A stretch of 62,344 nucleotides of DNA, counting the filler, from Choristocarpus tenellus KU-1152 (taxonomy: Eukaryota > Protista > Phaeophyceae): the NCBI GenBank assembly GCA_964200185.2. It is 10 parts of 10 records of this genome, joined end to end, with 100 filler letters (N's around TTAATTAATTAA, not from the genome) between each part and the next. Parts side by side here need not be neighbours in the genome. Positions count along the whole stretch, not along the records: positions 25,463 to 40,382 come from CAXNAD020001095.1; positions 40,483 to 46,805 come from CAXNAD020008393.1; positions 46,906 to 49,653 come from CAXNAD020025081.1; positions 49,754 to 53,099 come from CAXNAD020020664.1; 6 more parts are not named here. One strand, given 5' to 3'. Shown here piece by piece: positions 39,812-52,986 of this stretch (its first letter is position 1; every line of letters begins with the position of its first letter). Both the position numbers and the translations under genes were made by a program. The notes beneath the pieces were generated by a model. That model saw nothing but the letters and a program-made list of their open reading frames with translations. It did not search any database and had not been told where the DNA came from.

Positions 39812-40070
39812 GAGTGAAAGTATCTTAGAGGGTACGAGTTTTGCCTTGTTTGTCCATTTGGGACTTGGCTTCTCATGAGTTCTTTAGTGACATTTTCCTA
39901 CTTTAAAATGTTTAGGAGTAGGTAACGTGTGTATGTTAGGAAAAGGTGTGTCAGGAACATGGATATTGACACTTCCTAACAAAAGCGATAGCCAAAATTA
40001 TACCATAATCGCAACATCCGACTTTGGCCCCCAAATGGACGCTGCTCTACCCTCCAAGATACTTTATCTC
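39812..40070 (-). mobile_element. MITE family A copy
   Basis: Both TIRs are present, with a 4-bp TSD CTAC. Confidence 0.92.
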
Positions 40071-43000
40071 CTACGACTGTTCACTTATCACGACATGAGT
40101 AAATTCATCTGTTCCTCTTTACCAGCTTATATATACTTTCGCGCTTGGTAAATTCCCAATAGTAACTTCAGCTTGCATCACAGTTACCACCCTATGATGT
40201 CTAACCTGTCGTCAATTTCATTGCTAATGCCAAGGGAGTTTTCTCATATGTTTTGTCTCCTCAGCACGTGTCTCCCTCTTGGACTTCAAGATGTCTCCCC
40301 TCTCTTCTCCTACTCGCCCCCCTCCTCTCCTCCCCCTCTCCACCCCCCCCCCTCTAGCATTCTCCGGCCATCACCTACGCCCNNNNNNNNNNNNNNNNNN
40401 NNNNNNNNNNNNNNNNNNNNNNNNNNTTAATTAATTAANNNNNNNNNNNNNNNNNNNNNNNNNNNNNNNNNNNNNNNNNNNNCCCCCGATGATGGGATCA
40501 ATATTATGGAGACAAGACTGACGTTGCACTCAAAAATCGTCCCATTGGGAAGATATAAGTACTTTTCTACTGATGAGAATGTTGCTTCTCATTCCATCCC
40601 ACCCCCCCATTCATAATACTCACTCTGTATACATCTTATCACGACCCTAGAGTTGTTTGTCATAACCCTTACCCTAGACCTAACCCTAGCACTGCTCCCC
40701 GGCCTATGGCATGGAATCCGTTTGCTCTCCCTACCAGAGTTGACCCTAAGCCGCCTGTCACCTTGCTGGAAGTTCTCCTCCAAGAACAGAAGTTGCAGGT
40801 TCGGTATGGGGTTGAGATGCTGGAAAGGCTTGCCCTCTAGCCTCTGAAGTATTTTGCTTGTACTTGACATCTTCACCTCGCCTCACCTCAACATTCACTG
40901 CCGCACCTGGTTCAAAATTGAGGTTTGTATTAGCATTTTCCTTGCCCTCCACAAAGGCCTTCTTAGTCTCGACCTTGTCCTTGCTCTCGAACTCTCTGGC
41001 TTAGTCATCTCCCAGATGTTTCCTCTACCAAAGTCAGTCATTCACTCAGTGGGTACGGCAACGGAATCTTCTTCATTTCCTGGGACACACTTTATTGGCT
41101 CTGTGGGTGTCTTTGTGTGAATTGTGAGATATGGGGTCAGAGCAAATACCTTCTGCTCAAGCTGGCAACAACACAAAGGAGAAATTGGGTGGGATAATTT
41201 CCTAATGTCTTGCAGATCCTTTGAGGGGGGTCCAACCCACCTGATCGACCTGTGCTGGTACCTCTCCTCGTGTTATTAGCATTGGGGTGTGTGCCTATTT
41301 GTGCATTGTGTGATATGGGGTTGATGCCCACAGGTTCTACTGAAGTTGGCGAAAGGATCAAGGAATCTGGCGGGTTAGCTTCCGAGGGTACTGGAAGTCC
41401 TTTGAGGGGGCCCAACCCACCCGATCGACCCCCACTGATAACTCTGATGCTGTCTTCAGGACCAGGAAGTTGACGTGTTTCTTCAGGAGATGTGACCACC
41501 TTAACAATAGATTAGAAAAAGTTAGGAGGTGGGCATAGGTGAGGGGATTAGATCAAAACGTTATAAAGACTCCGCTACTTTCATTCTACCTGAAGTAAGA
41601 TGAGGTTGTCAGTGAATTGCAAGCTATGGATATATATTCTTTTCATTTCTGATAGCCCCATATCCTTGGGTAGAACAGAGGAGGAATGGCTACCACTCAC
41701 ACTCTTCCGCCTCAACAGGGTTACATCAAGCTCTGTGAAATAAACAATACCGAAAAACGAGTTTGAGCATGTTTTCTCACGAATGAGACCATTCAGCACT
41801 GGGAACCTTCAAGGAATATCATGTATATACTTCCCCATAACTGGCTTCCCATACTTGTGCCTTTCTTTTGTACTCGCCAAGATTCGCCTAGTAACACAAA
41901 ATCTCAGGTTGTGTGGAGACTTCACATGCACTCGTTTTTTTGAAGCAGAAAAAAAAGTATGCAGAAAAGAATTGTACCATCAGGGTTTGCCTGCTATATG
42001 TCGATTCATGTCCAGACAGTGCATTTACCTCATCTCCACTACTGACAGCAGTTTCCAACCAGTCTCTAGTGGCAGGGAGGCCTGTTGATTGTTCCTGAAT
42101 GGTATGTTTTGTCTGGGATGAATGTTGACTGAGTGCCCTGCTTACGTACAGTGGGTCCTGGGGGATATCCTTGGGAAGTAGAAGGCCTAGAACGGCATCA
42201 GGGAGGAGGGTGTCTTAGATGTAGTGTGTGGGTAAATTTTACTGGTATTTTGTGTTATTCTGTAGTGCTTAAGATCAAGACTTTAATATAGTGCACACTA
42301 TATAATCGCTTGCTGACTGTCATTGCGCCTTAGTTTGGAAAGTTGAAAAAATGCTTTCATCAGGCAACAATATAGGAAGTTGGACAGGCTACCAGCTGGA
42401 CCTTTAACCTCTTTCTTATACTCTACTTCTGTCGGGTAGAGGTCATATTATCATTGACGAGTGTACTGATTCACATGAACAAGCTAAGGGTAATCCGGTA
42501 TGAGCTTCAACTCAGGTGAGATGGATCTACAAGCATGCCCTATGCTGGCAACATGAAGTCGAAAACCAAATTTGAAGTGTCATGTAAAGTGAAATGAACT
42601 TCACCTATATGATTTTCTGTGATGCTTGATATTGCACACATATTGCTCGATTTTTCCATACATAAATTGACCCGTTTTCATCTAGAAACCATTTTGTACC
42701 CCCTTTGAACCTGAGACAGGGGGGTATACCTCCTTTCGTCAACTCCCCCTATTCTTACGTGTGACAGAGATCCATAATCACAAACACCTCCAAGGACTGT
42801 TGTGCTGACATTATCAACAGCTAGCCAATCTTTCTGTGGGAATCTTGAGGTCAAGAGTAGGAGAGATATTTTTTGCTAGAGATCATTTGGCATTTGAGAT
42901 CTACTCTGAGTAGTTACTATTGCAAAAAAATCGCCATTCTATGTGGAGAGACACCTGCTGCTGTGATGTTATTGCCGATTAGAAGTCCTTGCCTTAGGGC

Positions 43001-46000
43001 ATCAACTGCATGAAACCACTAGCCGGACCCTATTAGTGCTGTAGCAAAACTCATTGAGGGCAAGCATCTAGCAAATAACAATACTTGGCAAACTTCTCAT
43101 TGGAGCTTAGCTTCGGGAGGTCCCGAGTATTACATACTATGAACAACACTGCAGCCTGGGGCGCCCAAATAAGTGAGTTCTCTCCCCCCTGCTCAACCTG
43201 TTTCAGGTACATCAGAACGCCACTCATTTCGTTTGCAAAGTATGTGCGATAAAGAATGAGTGGTTCTTTGATAGAACTGAACCATGCAGAAAATGCCTAC
43301 AACGAGAAACTACTGCAGCTGGAGGTGTAGAAGTGTAGACAAGTGTTTCTCCTCAATCTGTGACATCAAACTTCAGAATGCTAGGAAGTGTATGTACTAG
43401 AAGGAACTCACAAAGGATCCAGATACTCAACGAACCCCCCCTCAAAGATAGGATTTTTCCATCATTACTATATATAATATTGTCTTACTCAACATATATC
43501 CTTCTCTTGAGTCTCAGACAAAAGTCTATGAGAGGATATTTGAAAGAGGTGTTCCCCTCCCCCAGAATAAATCTTTTCACAAAGGGTGACCCCAGTCAAT
43601 TAGAAGTCAACCATTGCTGTCGATATGCCTGCTGTGGTTGACATTTATATTCAGAAGCACCTATGGTCGTATAATGGTGCTATCAAGACAATAAAAATAG
43701 GATTTACGGAAATGGCACCATTCAGGGCAAGGTAGCATGACATTAGCTTCCTACGGTCATTATTTGTTGCCGTCAACACGGTTATAATTAGCTTTGTTGA
43801 GCGGAGCGTTGAAGCGTGGACTATGCTCTCTAAGCTACAGAACCATTGTATTACTATACTAAAACATGACTAGTTCGTAAGAGAGTACTTTAAAACGACG
43901 ATTCTAGCACCTACTCAATACGTTATTGTGTCGATACATCAACAATGAAAGAAGAGTGTTTATTCTGTCTAGTGTTATATAATCAACCTTGAGTGCAACA
44001 ATGTCCTTTCCTCAGCCTATATTCTGATAACTATTCCCCTTGCTTATCCGAATAAAAACGTCACTGACATCAGAGCTAACCTGATCGATAAACTTTGCGA
44101 GCTATGCAGAGTAAAACGAAAGCTGGTGCTCCTACCGCCAGGTACTCGGCAGTCCGTCTGATTCTCGATTTGCGTCCATTATGAATTCGACGGGGGCTGG
44201 GTATATAGTTGGTAGTGTCGTCACCCACTTCCTCGTCGTTCAGATGCCGGGTTTCCTCGGCAATTCTAGTGTGGTTGGGTACGATGAAGGAAGATAAGTA
44301 AGACGGAGTTTTCTCGCACTGGATGGGTGGCAATTAGAGCATTAATTTGAAGGAAATACCCAAATAGCAAAGTACGATTCTTTGTGAAACAGTTTTGGGT
44401 GAACTGCTTACCCCACGCCCGTGACACGGCGTGTAAGTGGCATCGCAGTGTTGAGCCAGTACTTAATAGTTTTTGAGTGACTCGGAATTGTGGTAATTAT
44501 CAATTTTATTGTTATCTTAACACCGATACACATATTTCGACATTTGAAGAACAACAATATTTCTGAAACGTCAAAATACTGGCAACGCCTTCGATACACG
44601 ACGTCACTGGCTCTTTTCTTACCAACGTGACTCACCTCAACACGACTGATAACCTGATATCCCAAAGTTACGCTGCACGAGCAAGGAGTAACCCGCGGAA
44701 AAACTCTAGTGGCACTTCTAGCTTCACTGTAGTATCCGCGTAGACCACCACGGCGCTCTGGAACAAAGGAGAGGGAGTGCCAATAGTTACCAAACATGAC
44801 ACGTGACTCAACATATGGTTTACTATTGGTATTGTACCTGGCAAGCGTTGGGGTGATTTCTTCTTTTCGGGTACCTGGTGAGTAGACCTTCTCCGAAAAG
44901 AATTTGGTTGTTTATCTAGTGGGAGCCCTTCATATTGGCGAGGTCGCAACCAAGCCATGAGCTTGAGTGTGCGGAGTTGGTGCTTCGCTTGTCGTCAACA
45001 TTCAAGGAGCTGATTTGCATATATTTGGATGTGAGAAGGGTAATTACATTGCCCAACATGCCCAGGCAGTGCAGTGTAGTGTATTTTTTAGGTCCAATGC
45101 CATCGTCATCTATTCGTAATTGGAGCTCCTGCACACATCCATTGTAGAGATGTATGCACGTCGTTGACAGTATTCCATTACTAATGTTGAACATCTTCGT
45201 TACTTGCCGATGCCTAGAGTCGAAGATGCGATTTCTAGCATACATTTATGGGGTATTCCAGATGCGAGATACGACAAGCCGAAAAATTCCTATTTCTGTT
45301 AGCATACTGCTTTTCCGCCCGAACTGCCTCGATCATTTGTCGTAGGTGCCTGACTTCATTTTCTCCCTTGTTCAGTGCTTCTATTCTTGAACCCTCTTCC
45401 TAGACGACTCTTGGATAGAGTCCGTTTTGTAATTCATAGCCCCAAGAGCGCCAGTGCCTCATGCTCATAGTTTCCGGTGCAAATACTAAGGCACCCGTAA
45501 TCACGTCTGAGCAGACTAGTTTTTTTCTGATTTTATTGCTTGATGATTCCCACAATCAGCAGTGTAAGCACATGGTCCACGGACTTGGACCTGTAACCGT
45601 GACTTGAGTGGAACTCAGACCCGACATTTCCCCTATACCCTTATTATAGGAGCGGGTGTGGAGGTAGTGCTTAAGGGACTCGCTCTTGGTCTGGAATTGG
45701 TACTGGATCCAGCACCTCTGCAGTGCACGTGTCCTGGTAGTATCTGTGGTTTTTGAGTTATCCTTGTCAAGAACGTTCAACACACCTGGTTCCAACTCAC
45801 AATTATCTTGTACCTTGATTGTTCTATACACTGTACTGGAAAGAAATGTTCTCCCCTACACAATTTGTTGGTTCAATTTGGTTATAATTTGAACGTATGG
45901 ATCTGTGTCTTCCTGAGTAAGTAATATTTCAATCCTTCCCATTTCCCTTCAATATATATATATATTCTGGGTTGTATTGTACAAGGATAGCATTATGCCC

Positions 46001-47329
46001 CCGCACATATTGCAATATGGTGTCTCCCTTGTCATGACAAGAATGCTCTGAACACTAACCCTAACACACTATCAGTAATGTTTATGTGATGGAGGAGGTA
46101 GGGGGCATGGTTGAAATACAAAAATAGCTTCAGGGCAGTAGAAAAGCCTCAATCATTGCATGTAATCCGTGAGATATTTTCTTCTGCAACATACCCAGGC
46201 CCTGCCAATATTGGAAATACTCCACTGAAGATATACTACTTTGTTAAATTTTGAATAGCCCACCTTACCTCTGTATGGTTCTTTCCCTTCCATTGCCCAC
46301 CCCCCCCACCAAAATTGTTACCTTTTGTTGTTACATGTTGCCATCACACTTTACACCCTCCTTCTGGTGGCTTTGTTTGCTGCAGGTTATTGCATGGGGA
46401 CGCCGTCAAGACAAGCACGGATAAGCTCAAGCATGAGCTTAGGTTCCAATGACGTAATTGGTCTCATTGTTTTGTCTTTGTTCTATTTTATGCTGGTGTT
46501 TTTGAAGATAAGCCAATATCAGATTCTCTGATATTGTGTTTGAAGGAGTAAGGGAGTTCAAAGACCATCCTATTGGTGCAATGTAAATAATATGTTTTCT
46601 AGTGCTGTTTCCTCCTTTTTTTCCTATTTGATTTTATTTATTTATCTATTCATGTTTTTGTACTCAATTAGTATGAGAGTATTGCCAAGTGCCGAAGATA
46701 GATGCATGTCCTGAAGAGATATCGATCAAATCGAGATATCTCAATATTGTTTCAATGCTTTTTTTGGTGGTGCTCTGTAGGGCCTCTCCTTTACTTCCCC
46801 CCCCCNNNNNNNNNNNNNNNNNNNNNNNNNNNNNNNNNNNNNNNNNNNNTTAATTAATTAANNNNNNNNNNNNNNNNNNNNNNNNNNNNNNNNNNNNNNN
46901 NNNNNGCCTGGAGCAGAACAAAAAAAAAAAGTTAAGGGTGGTGGTGCAGGACAAGCAAGAGCAGATTCTGACACACATATTCCGATAGAAAAATTGGACA
47001 CAGTATAAGGTGCGAGGTGCTTCTACGTGTGGAAATGATGCCATCCCAACAGTTACCCGTTTGGTTCGAAGTTTATATTTCTCAGAACCTAGGGGTGACT
47101 ACAACTCCAGAGAGATCACTAGACACCACTAAAGGTGGTGAGGATAAGAATCCATGTCACCTTAGGTAGTCACCAATTTCTAGAGATAAAATCATCACGG
47201 TCAAAGAGTCACCAAAACCTATGAGACGAAACCATGGAGAGCCACACAAAAAACGATGCAATGAACAAGCCAGACCTCCCAAGATGTCTGTATTTGGAGA
47301 GCAGATTCCCTCTTTCAGAAGAGAAACAA

Positions 47330-47587
47330 GAGTCAACGTATCTTTGAGAGTAGAGCCCCGTCCGTTTGGGGCCAAAATCCAATGTTGCGATTTTTATGTA
47401 ATTTTGGATATTGTGTTTGTTAGGAAGAGTCAATATCCTTGTTCCGAACACACACACTTTTATGACATACATATTTCACCTACTTCGAAACATTTCGGAG
47501 TAGGAAAACGTCATAATAAACCCGTGTGAAGCCAAGCCTCAAATGGACAAACAGGGAAAATTCGTACCCTCTAAGATACTTTCACTC
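47330..47587 (+). mobile_element. MITE family A copy
   Basis: Both TIRs are present, with a 4-bp TSD ACAA. Confidence 0.92.
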
Positions 47588-48124
47588 ACAAGCGGGAAAG
47601 AGGTCTATCTCTTTGGCCTCCGTCTTCTAGCTCTTTGAGTTTGCTCACCTAGTTAGGATGATATGGTGGCCTCAATGCTCAAGTATAAGCATGGATGATC
47701 AAGCCCAAGGTAATCAAACATATTTCGATTAATGACTTGATTATTGCTTTTGTTAATGTGGTATGGGATATGTAAGACAGATCTCAATCCTCTAAGAGAG
47801 AACCTGAGGAGATGTGAGTCAAATACCTGTAAGTCTCCAATCTGAAAATGGCATGATGGTCGTACAGAGTTGTTGCCTGCAAGGTATCAGATCAAGAATG
47901 AACAGACATCCCTAACAACAAGCAGGTAGGTTCAGTCGATGCCCAGAAAAGCTGAATCAGTAAAGAGAGACTCTCTGGAAATCTCAATCAGAGATATCCC
48001 ACCAGAGGTGTTGCATTCACAAACCAGAAAAGGCGATATCATCTATTAATGGTTGGTTGACCTGAGGGTTTGACACATTCAGGATTTGTACAGTAAATGA
48101 CAAAAATTCATCAAGAAAAATATA

Positions 48125-48197
48125 TACTCACGCCGAGGCTCGAACTCGGGACCTCGGCTTTATCAGAGCCGCGCTCTACCAACGGAGCTCCGCAAGC
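48125..48197 (-). tRNA. tRNA-Ile(GAT)-like gene, possibly a pseudogene
   Basis: A 73-nt cloverleaf: GCTTGCG GA GCTC CGTTGGTA GAGC G CGGCT CTGATAA AGCCG AGGTC CCGAG TTCGAGC CTCGG CGTGAGT A. The D, anticodon and T stems pair perfectly, the B box is intact, and a TTTTT Pol III terminator follows at 48116-48120. However, it has G8, C14 and three G-U pairs in the acceptor stem. Confidence 0.8.
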
Positions 48198-49360
48198 ACC
48201 ACAACAACTGTCAAATAGTATCAAACATTACACATATAAAATATCACAACATATATATTGATTATACATTTGGTCTCCCAGAAGAGACAACAGCAAGCAC
48301 AGAAAATGTCTGTGTCCTAGACCTGTAAGTCAGGCGTCTCAAGAGTAAAAAAGGAGTTTTTTCCTAGAATGATACACTTGCCAGTAGTGGTTTCAAATTA
48401 CTGGTAATTCAAGACCAAGTCCTCTTGACTTCTTGTGTCCTTGCTTGTAGAAGTATCTACAAGTGGACATAATGCACACACTGCATCTTGTGTGCACTCC
48501 CATAGACCAACAGCCCCACAAGCAGACACGCTTACTCTTTTTACTTGTGGCAGGATATATTAATTCACCTTCACAGAGTAAGTAACCTTGAGCACATTTT
48601 CAAGGATCACCAATATTTCGATTCTATGCCAAATCAGTGTATTGCCTTCTTACTTGCCAATAACGAAGTCCCATTCAAACTTTCTCCCATTATAGACACT
48701 TTTTGTTGTGCCAAGAACCCCCTTGATGATATACCCTCGAGCAGGCGGCTGGAAGGGTAGAGGTGTTCGGAAATGGATTGGACTGTGGGAGAGAAGATGA
48801 TGTCCTTCTTGGAGTCCAATACGAAGAGCATCGATTTCTCGACCTACTCGATTTATTCATACTATTGTGGTTCAACCGAAGCTCGATAAGGTGTAGAACA
48901 ATGTCCCTGAACCTGTAGGTGGACTGTCCGTTCGCCCAAACTCCTCTCATGATTGCCCAATAGCGCCTGATGACTGCCCACATCTCTTTCTCGCTCCCCA
49001 TGATTGAACAGAGCATTGTATTCTACAACACGATATTCTTGATTGACCCAACGTAAAGAAGAGGTACCCAAAGTTTGACTGACTAGGTATTTTAAGTCAA
49101 GCTCTTAATCTTTTATATTTCATCCTTCTTTATAAGGATGAAGTGCTAAGATTGACTTGAGAGCATTGATTTCTCTATTGTTTGAAATTTTTTGATAGAA
49201 TCCAGAAACTTTCTACATGCATCTGTGTAAATAGCCTAATTTTGTACATACTTGCTAGCATCCTCAAAATGCAATGTTGGATACTTTTCCTTTACTTTTG
49301 ACTCGTTCAGCACGTGGTTTCCAATACTAGTCTGGTTAAATTTTTAACCAGTGGGTCACA

Positions 49361-49653
49361 TGTCACAGGCGATATGTCTTGATGGCGGTTTCATAAATAC
49401 CATTATGACATTGAAGTTCTAGATTTGATATATTTGTGCTTTATTTATTTATTATTTGGTCATTATGGTCTCCGATTGTGATAAGACATCGTTGATCAGT
49501 TCCTTTCTTATAATATGATGATATTGATGATAATTCAAGTGAGAGATCCAGCATACCTGACGACTTGTGCATCAGGAGTCCTATACGTACATCAGTATCA
49601 TCTATAAGCCCGTAGATTGGAGCTATATATCCTGTGGAGGTAAACTTTCGGGG
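49361..49653 (+). mobile_element. Second copy of the 309-bp LTR, truncated by the contig end
   Basis: Begins TGTCACAGGCGATATGTCTTGATGGCGGTTTCATAAA and is collinear with 30360-30668. Confidence 0.9.
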
Positions 49654-49821
49654 NNNNNNNNNNNNNNNNNNNNNNNNNNNNNNNNNNNNNNNNNNNNTTA
49701 ATTAATTAANNNNNNNNNNNNNNNNNNNNNNNNNNNNNNNNNNNNNNNNNNNNGAGAGGACAACAGCGCCGCCCACCCAGCCGCGGAGGGAACAGGGGAA
49801 GGCACAAGCGCGCAAGCCGGA

Positions 49822-49878
<57 letters not shown>

Positions 49879-49976
49879 ATAAGGTTAAGAGACAGAGACA
49901 CAAGAGTCAGAATTAGGTCAGGTGAAGAACCATCAGCAAATAAATCTGTAACCATGACAACAGCACCTCGACTCAC

Positions 49977-51364
49977 CAGTCCCCATAGATCAGCACACTC
50001 CTTCTCATTCAGGTTCAACTCATCCGAGAGCTTCAGCAGCTCTGAGATGTGTGTTGATGTCAGCTGTCCACGGCAGTGGAGCAGAACCAATTTGTTAATG
50101 AGTACGAAGGATGGATGGGCAAGACAGTTCGTGGGGGTAGGGTAGATGATACAGGTACAAATAACTTTGTGGTCTACCTTGCTGGCAGGAGTAGGGGCAA
50201 CCTCCATACATCGCCAAGGGCTTCTATTATCCTACCAAGGCAGTAGTATTTGGGTATTGTTGAGAGAGTGACAATACAATTCTTGCCCCAAGAAACAGGA
50301 ACTCGAAAAACAAAAAAATGCCCAACTAGGTGTGACACTACATACTCCACAGTGTGTGGATGTATCTTCATTAGAGTCCGTTAAATAAAGCCTACAGAGA
50401 TGTTCTCTCCCTCTATCCCCCCTGCCTCCAACAGGAAGTATATATACTTTGAACTACAGTGCAAGCCTTAGCTTGGGCTCGCATGCTGGGTGAGAATTGC
50501 ATGGTCGCTGCGGTCAACAATGCTACGGTAATCAAGGAAACAGCACTTTTTCCCCTCCACCCCTTCAATTATCGAGCACAGATACCAGGTATCCACTTGC
50601 CCAGCATTTCATTTACCCACACACTCCTTGCCTTCCAAATAAGCATTTCTGTGTACTGAATTTGACACAACACTGCATGTTCCAAATTCTCCCACCAGGG
50701 GTATCGAATACCCCCTTTCTGAACTCTCCCCTCTCCTGTCGTAGGATATTTTTCATGCCATCGTCCTTACCCCGACTTTCTTTGACCTTTTTTCGTCTCC
50801 TCACATCCCCACCGAAACCCCCATATGTACTACACCGACTCTAACATATACCCCACATTGTTGGCAGCTGAGTATCAGCTCACATTTACGTTGTAGCCCA
50901 GGATGCGAACCTTGCCGGATTCTATTGCCTTTCTGTCCTCAGCAGATCGCGGGGATCGTTGGGAGGGGTCAAGACGGAGAATATCGTGGCGAAGTGTGGC
51001 GAGACCCTCGTGCAGGGCCCCTATGTTTGTGCCATCCTCCTTGTGCCTCATAAAGGAGTCGATCGTGGCCTGGCGCATCGAGTGAGGGTGAGGGTAAGGT
51101 GAGCATTATGTGAACCCAAATCTGCGCCACTTGTCCTACATCTAGAGATCCGAAAAAAATGTAAGGAACATGTAGCAACCCCTCCTGAAGCGTGACAACT
51201 ACCAAGGTTTACTGAGTTCTCACCAACCCAATTGTACACGTCGAGATAGGCAAACTAATGGAAGTATTCAAGTTCATGCAGGCTCGCGGGATCGCATCTC
51301 TTTTACATACCTGCAGGCCTGTGAACCGAACGGCACCTTTAGATCCTCCATCTCCCCAATTCAT
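49977..51364 (-). CDS. NUP205: Nucleoporin Nup205/Nup192 (first three exons)
   Basis: Exons are 51311-51364 (MNWGDGGSKGAVRFTGLQ), 50884-51069 (ATIDSF...PRSAEDRKAIESGKVRILGYNVN) and 49977-50063 (LTSTHISELLKLSDELNLNEKECADLWGL), all GT-AG and phase 0. DR..I.SG.V...LKLSDEL.LNE is the Nup205/Nup192 N-terminal signature. Confidence 0.8.
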
Positions 51365-52148
51365 GGCTTCCTCCTCCCCGTTTTAAAAATTGCAATCCTA
51401 GTCCAGGTTGGTTGGGACATTGCGATTATGGTGAGGCCAACTCTCAAAAACACAGCCTTGAGGCTGCAATTGCATCAAGATTTGAGTGCAGAACAAAGCA
51501 ACGTCCATTTCGTTTTCTACATATTAAGGTGGGAAGGACGGATTCGCGTAATCGCCTTGTATATCATGGTACACACACAAAGCAACCTTGGATTTACAAA
51601 AGCCTTGCTGGTTTGCAACCGCTTTGCGTCAGATCTCCCCACTTGTGAGGTAACACAGAAGAGGTAACAAGCTGAAGCTCCCTGTCCAGTCTCACGAGAG
51701 CATCGGGCTCCCTTCGACTCTTGTCTAGGTGCTCAATGTCGTCAATTTTCTGGTGTGAGGATGTGTCGCCTATTAACGGATGGGTGGATGGACGGTCAGA
51801 TAGTCAGATGGAGGGGTATAGTTTTCATTGAGCGAACGATTTAACTTCCCACTAATTCACTACCTTTTTACAAATAAACATCGAACCACCACACTAACTC
51901 GTTCCGTAGATAGAGGCCATAGTATAGATTTCTAGTTTGTGGCACACAACTTGTACTATTTGTTTCAGCTGCTTGTTGAACAATAGTTGACCAACAACAG
52001 GGAAACTGCAATCAGTGAAGTTGATGAGGTCGTATTATTCAAAATACCAGTAGGTGGTTTTTGAATAAAGCTCGTATGTAGGACGTAGACTTAGGTGACA
52101 ATGTCAGAAAGAAGAATGCTGTAACAACAAGCACACCACATACATATT

Positions 52149-52182
<34 letters not shown>

Positions 52183-52720
52183 TTACCATGAAGAGATAGT
52201 TTTGAACTGTATCCTATTATTGTTGGTGGATGACGACACCTTTTTCATAAGAAACACATCAAGACTGTTGTTGTATTCGTTGTTGTGTTCTCCGCCTTGC
52301 ACGTACTCCGCTTCTTTTCCCCCTCATGGTAGCACCTGCAAAATGTCAGTGGGGTAAAGAGCCAAACCAATTGAGGGGTAAGCAGGTTTGAACCCTTTTG
52401 AATTTTAAGCCGTCTTCGATACCCCGCGCAACACACTCATGTTCATTGCATTATATACACAATAAATAGTGTACGCAAAATTGACATTCCCCCTTTCCAC
52501 ACAAAAAGTGACACCACAAGTCAGCAAAAAGCTCATTCTGCAGTTGTACTAAAGATATAGCTTTACCCTTTCTTGGGATCTCTAAAATGCAATCCTGCCT
52601 ACCTCCGAGTTGTTTTGGCTCGATAGAATATCTTCCAACAGCGAGAGTATCGTAGCAAAAGAGCAAGAAGGCTGTTGAGCGCTTCCTTACTTCAGAAAGT
52701 TTGTGCCCGACATCAGAGAA

Positions 52721-52986
52721 GAATCAAATAATTTAAGAGGGTAGGACTGCGTCCGTTCAAAGACATGAATAAAATGTTGCGATTTATATTAATTTTGGTT
52801 ATCGTGTTTGTTAGCTAGAGTCAATATCTTTGCTCCAGGCACACCTTTCATAGTTCTATACATCTTACCTACACTCTGAAATCCGAAATGTTCACACAGA
52901 AAACCGATAAGGGGCATAAAAATCCCGTGGGAATCCAAGCGCTGAATGCACAAACAGGGCAAAACCCTTACCTTCTTAAATGCTTT
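52721..52986 (+). mobile_element. MITE family A, divergent subfamily copy, right end abutting a G-run element
   Basis: Collinear with the 33316 copy. The terminus breaks after TGCTTT into GGCTCAAAGTATCT(G)n. Confidence 0.8.

Noticed and set aside
40589-41499. Low-complexity minus-strand ORFs with a duplicated GRSGGL.P segment
   Set aside because: No continuous frame, internal stops and no recognisable family.
42152-46450. Two candidate small + strand exons (42152-42231 GPGGYPWEVEGLERHQGGGCLRCSVW; from 46386 VIAWGRRQDKHG* or LLHGDAVKTSTDKLKHELRFQ*)
   Set aside because: The splice signals are plausible, but the frame is ambiguous and I recognise no homology. RNA-seq would be needed.
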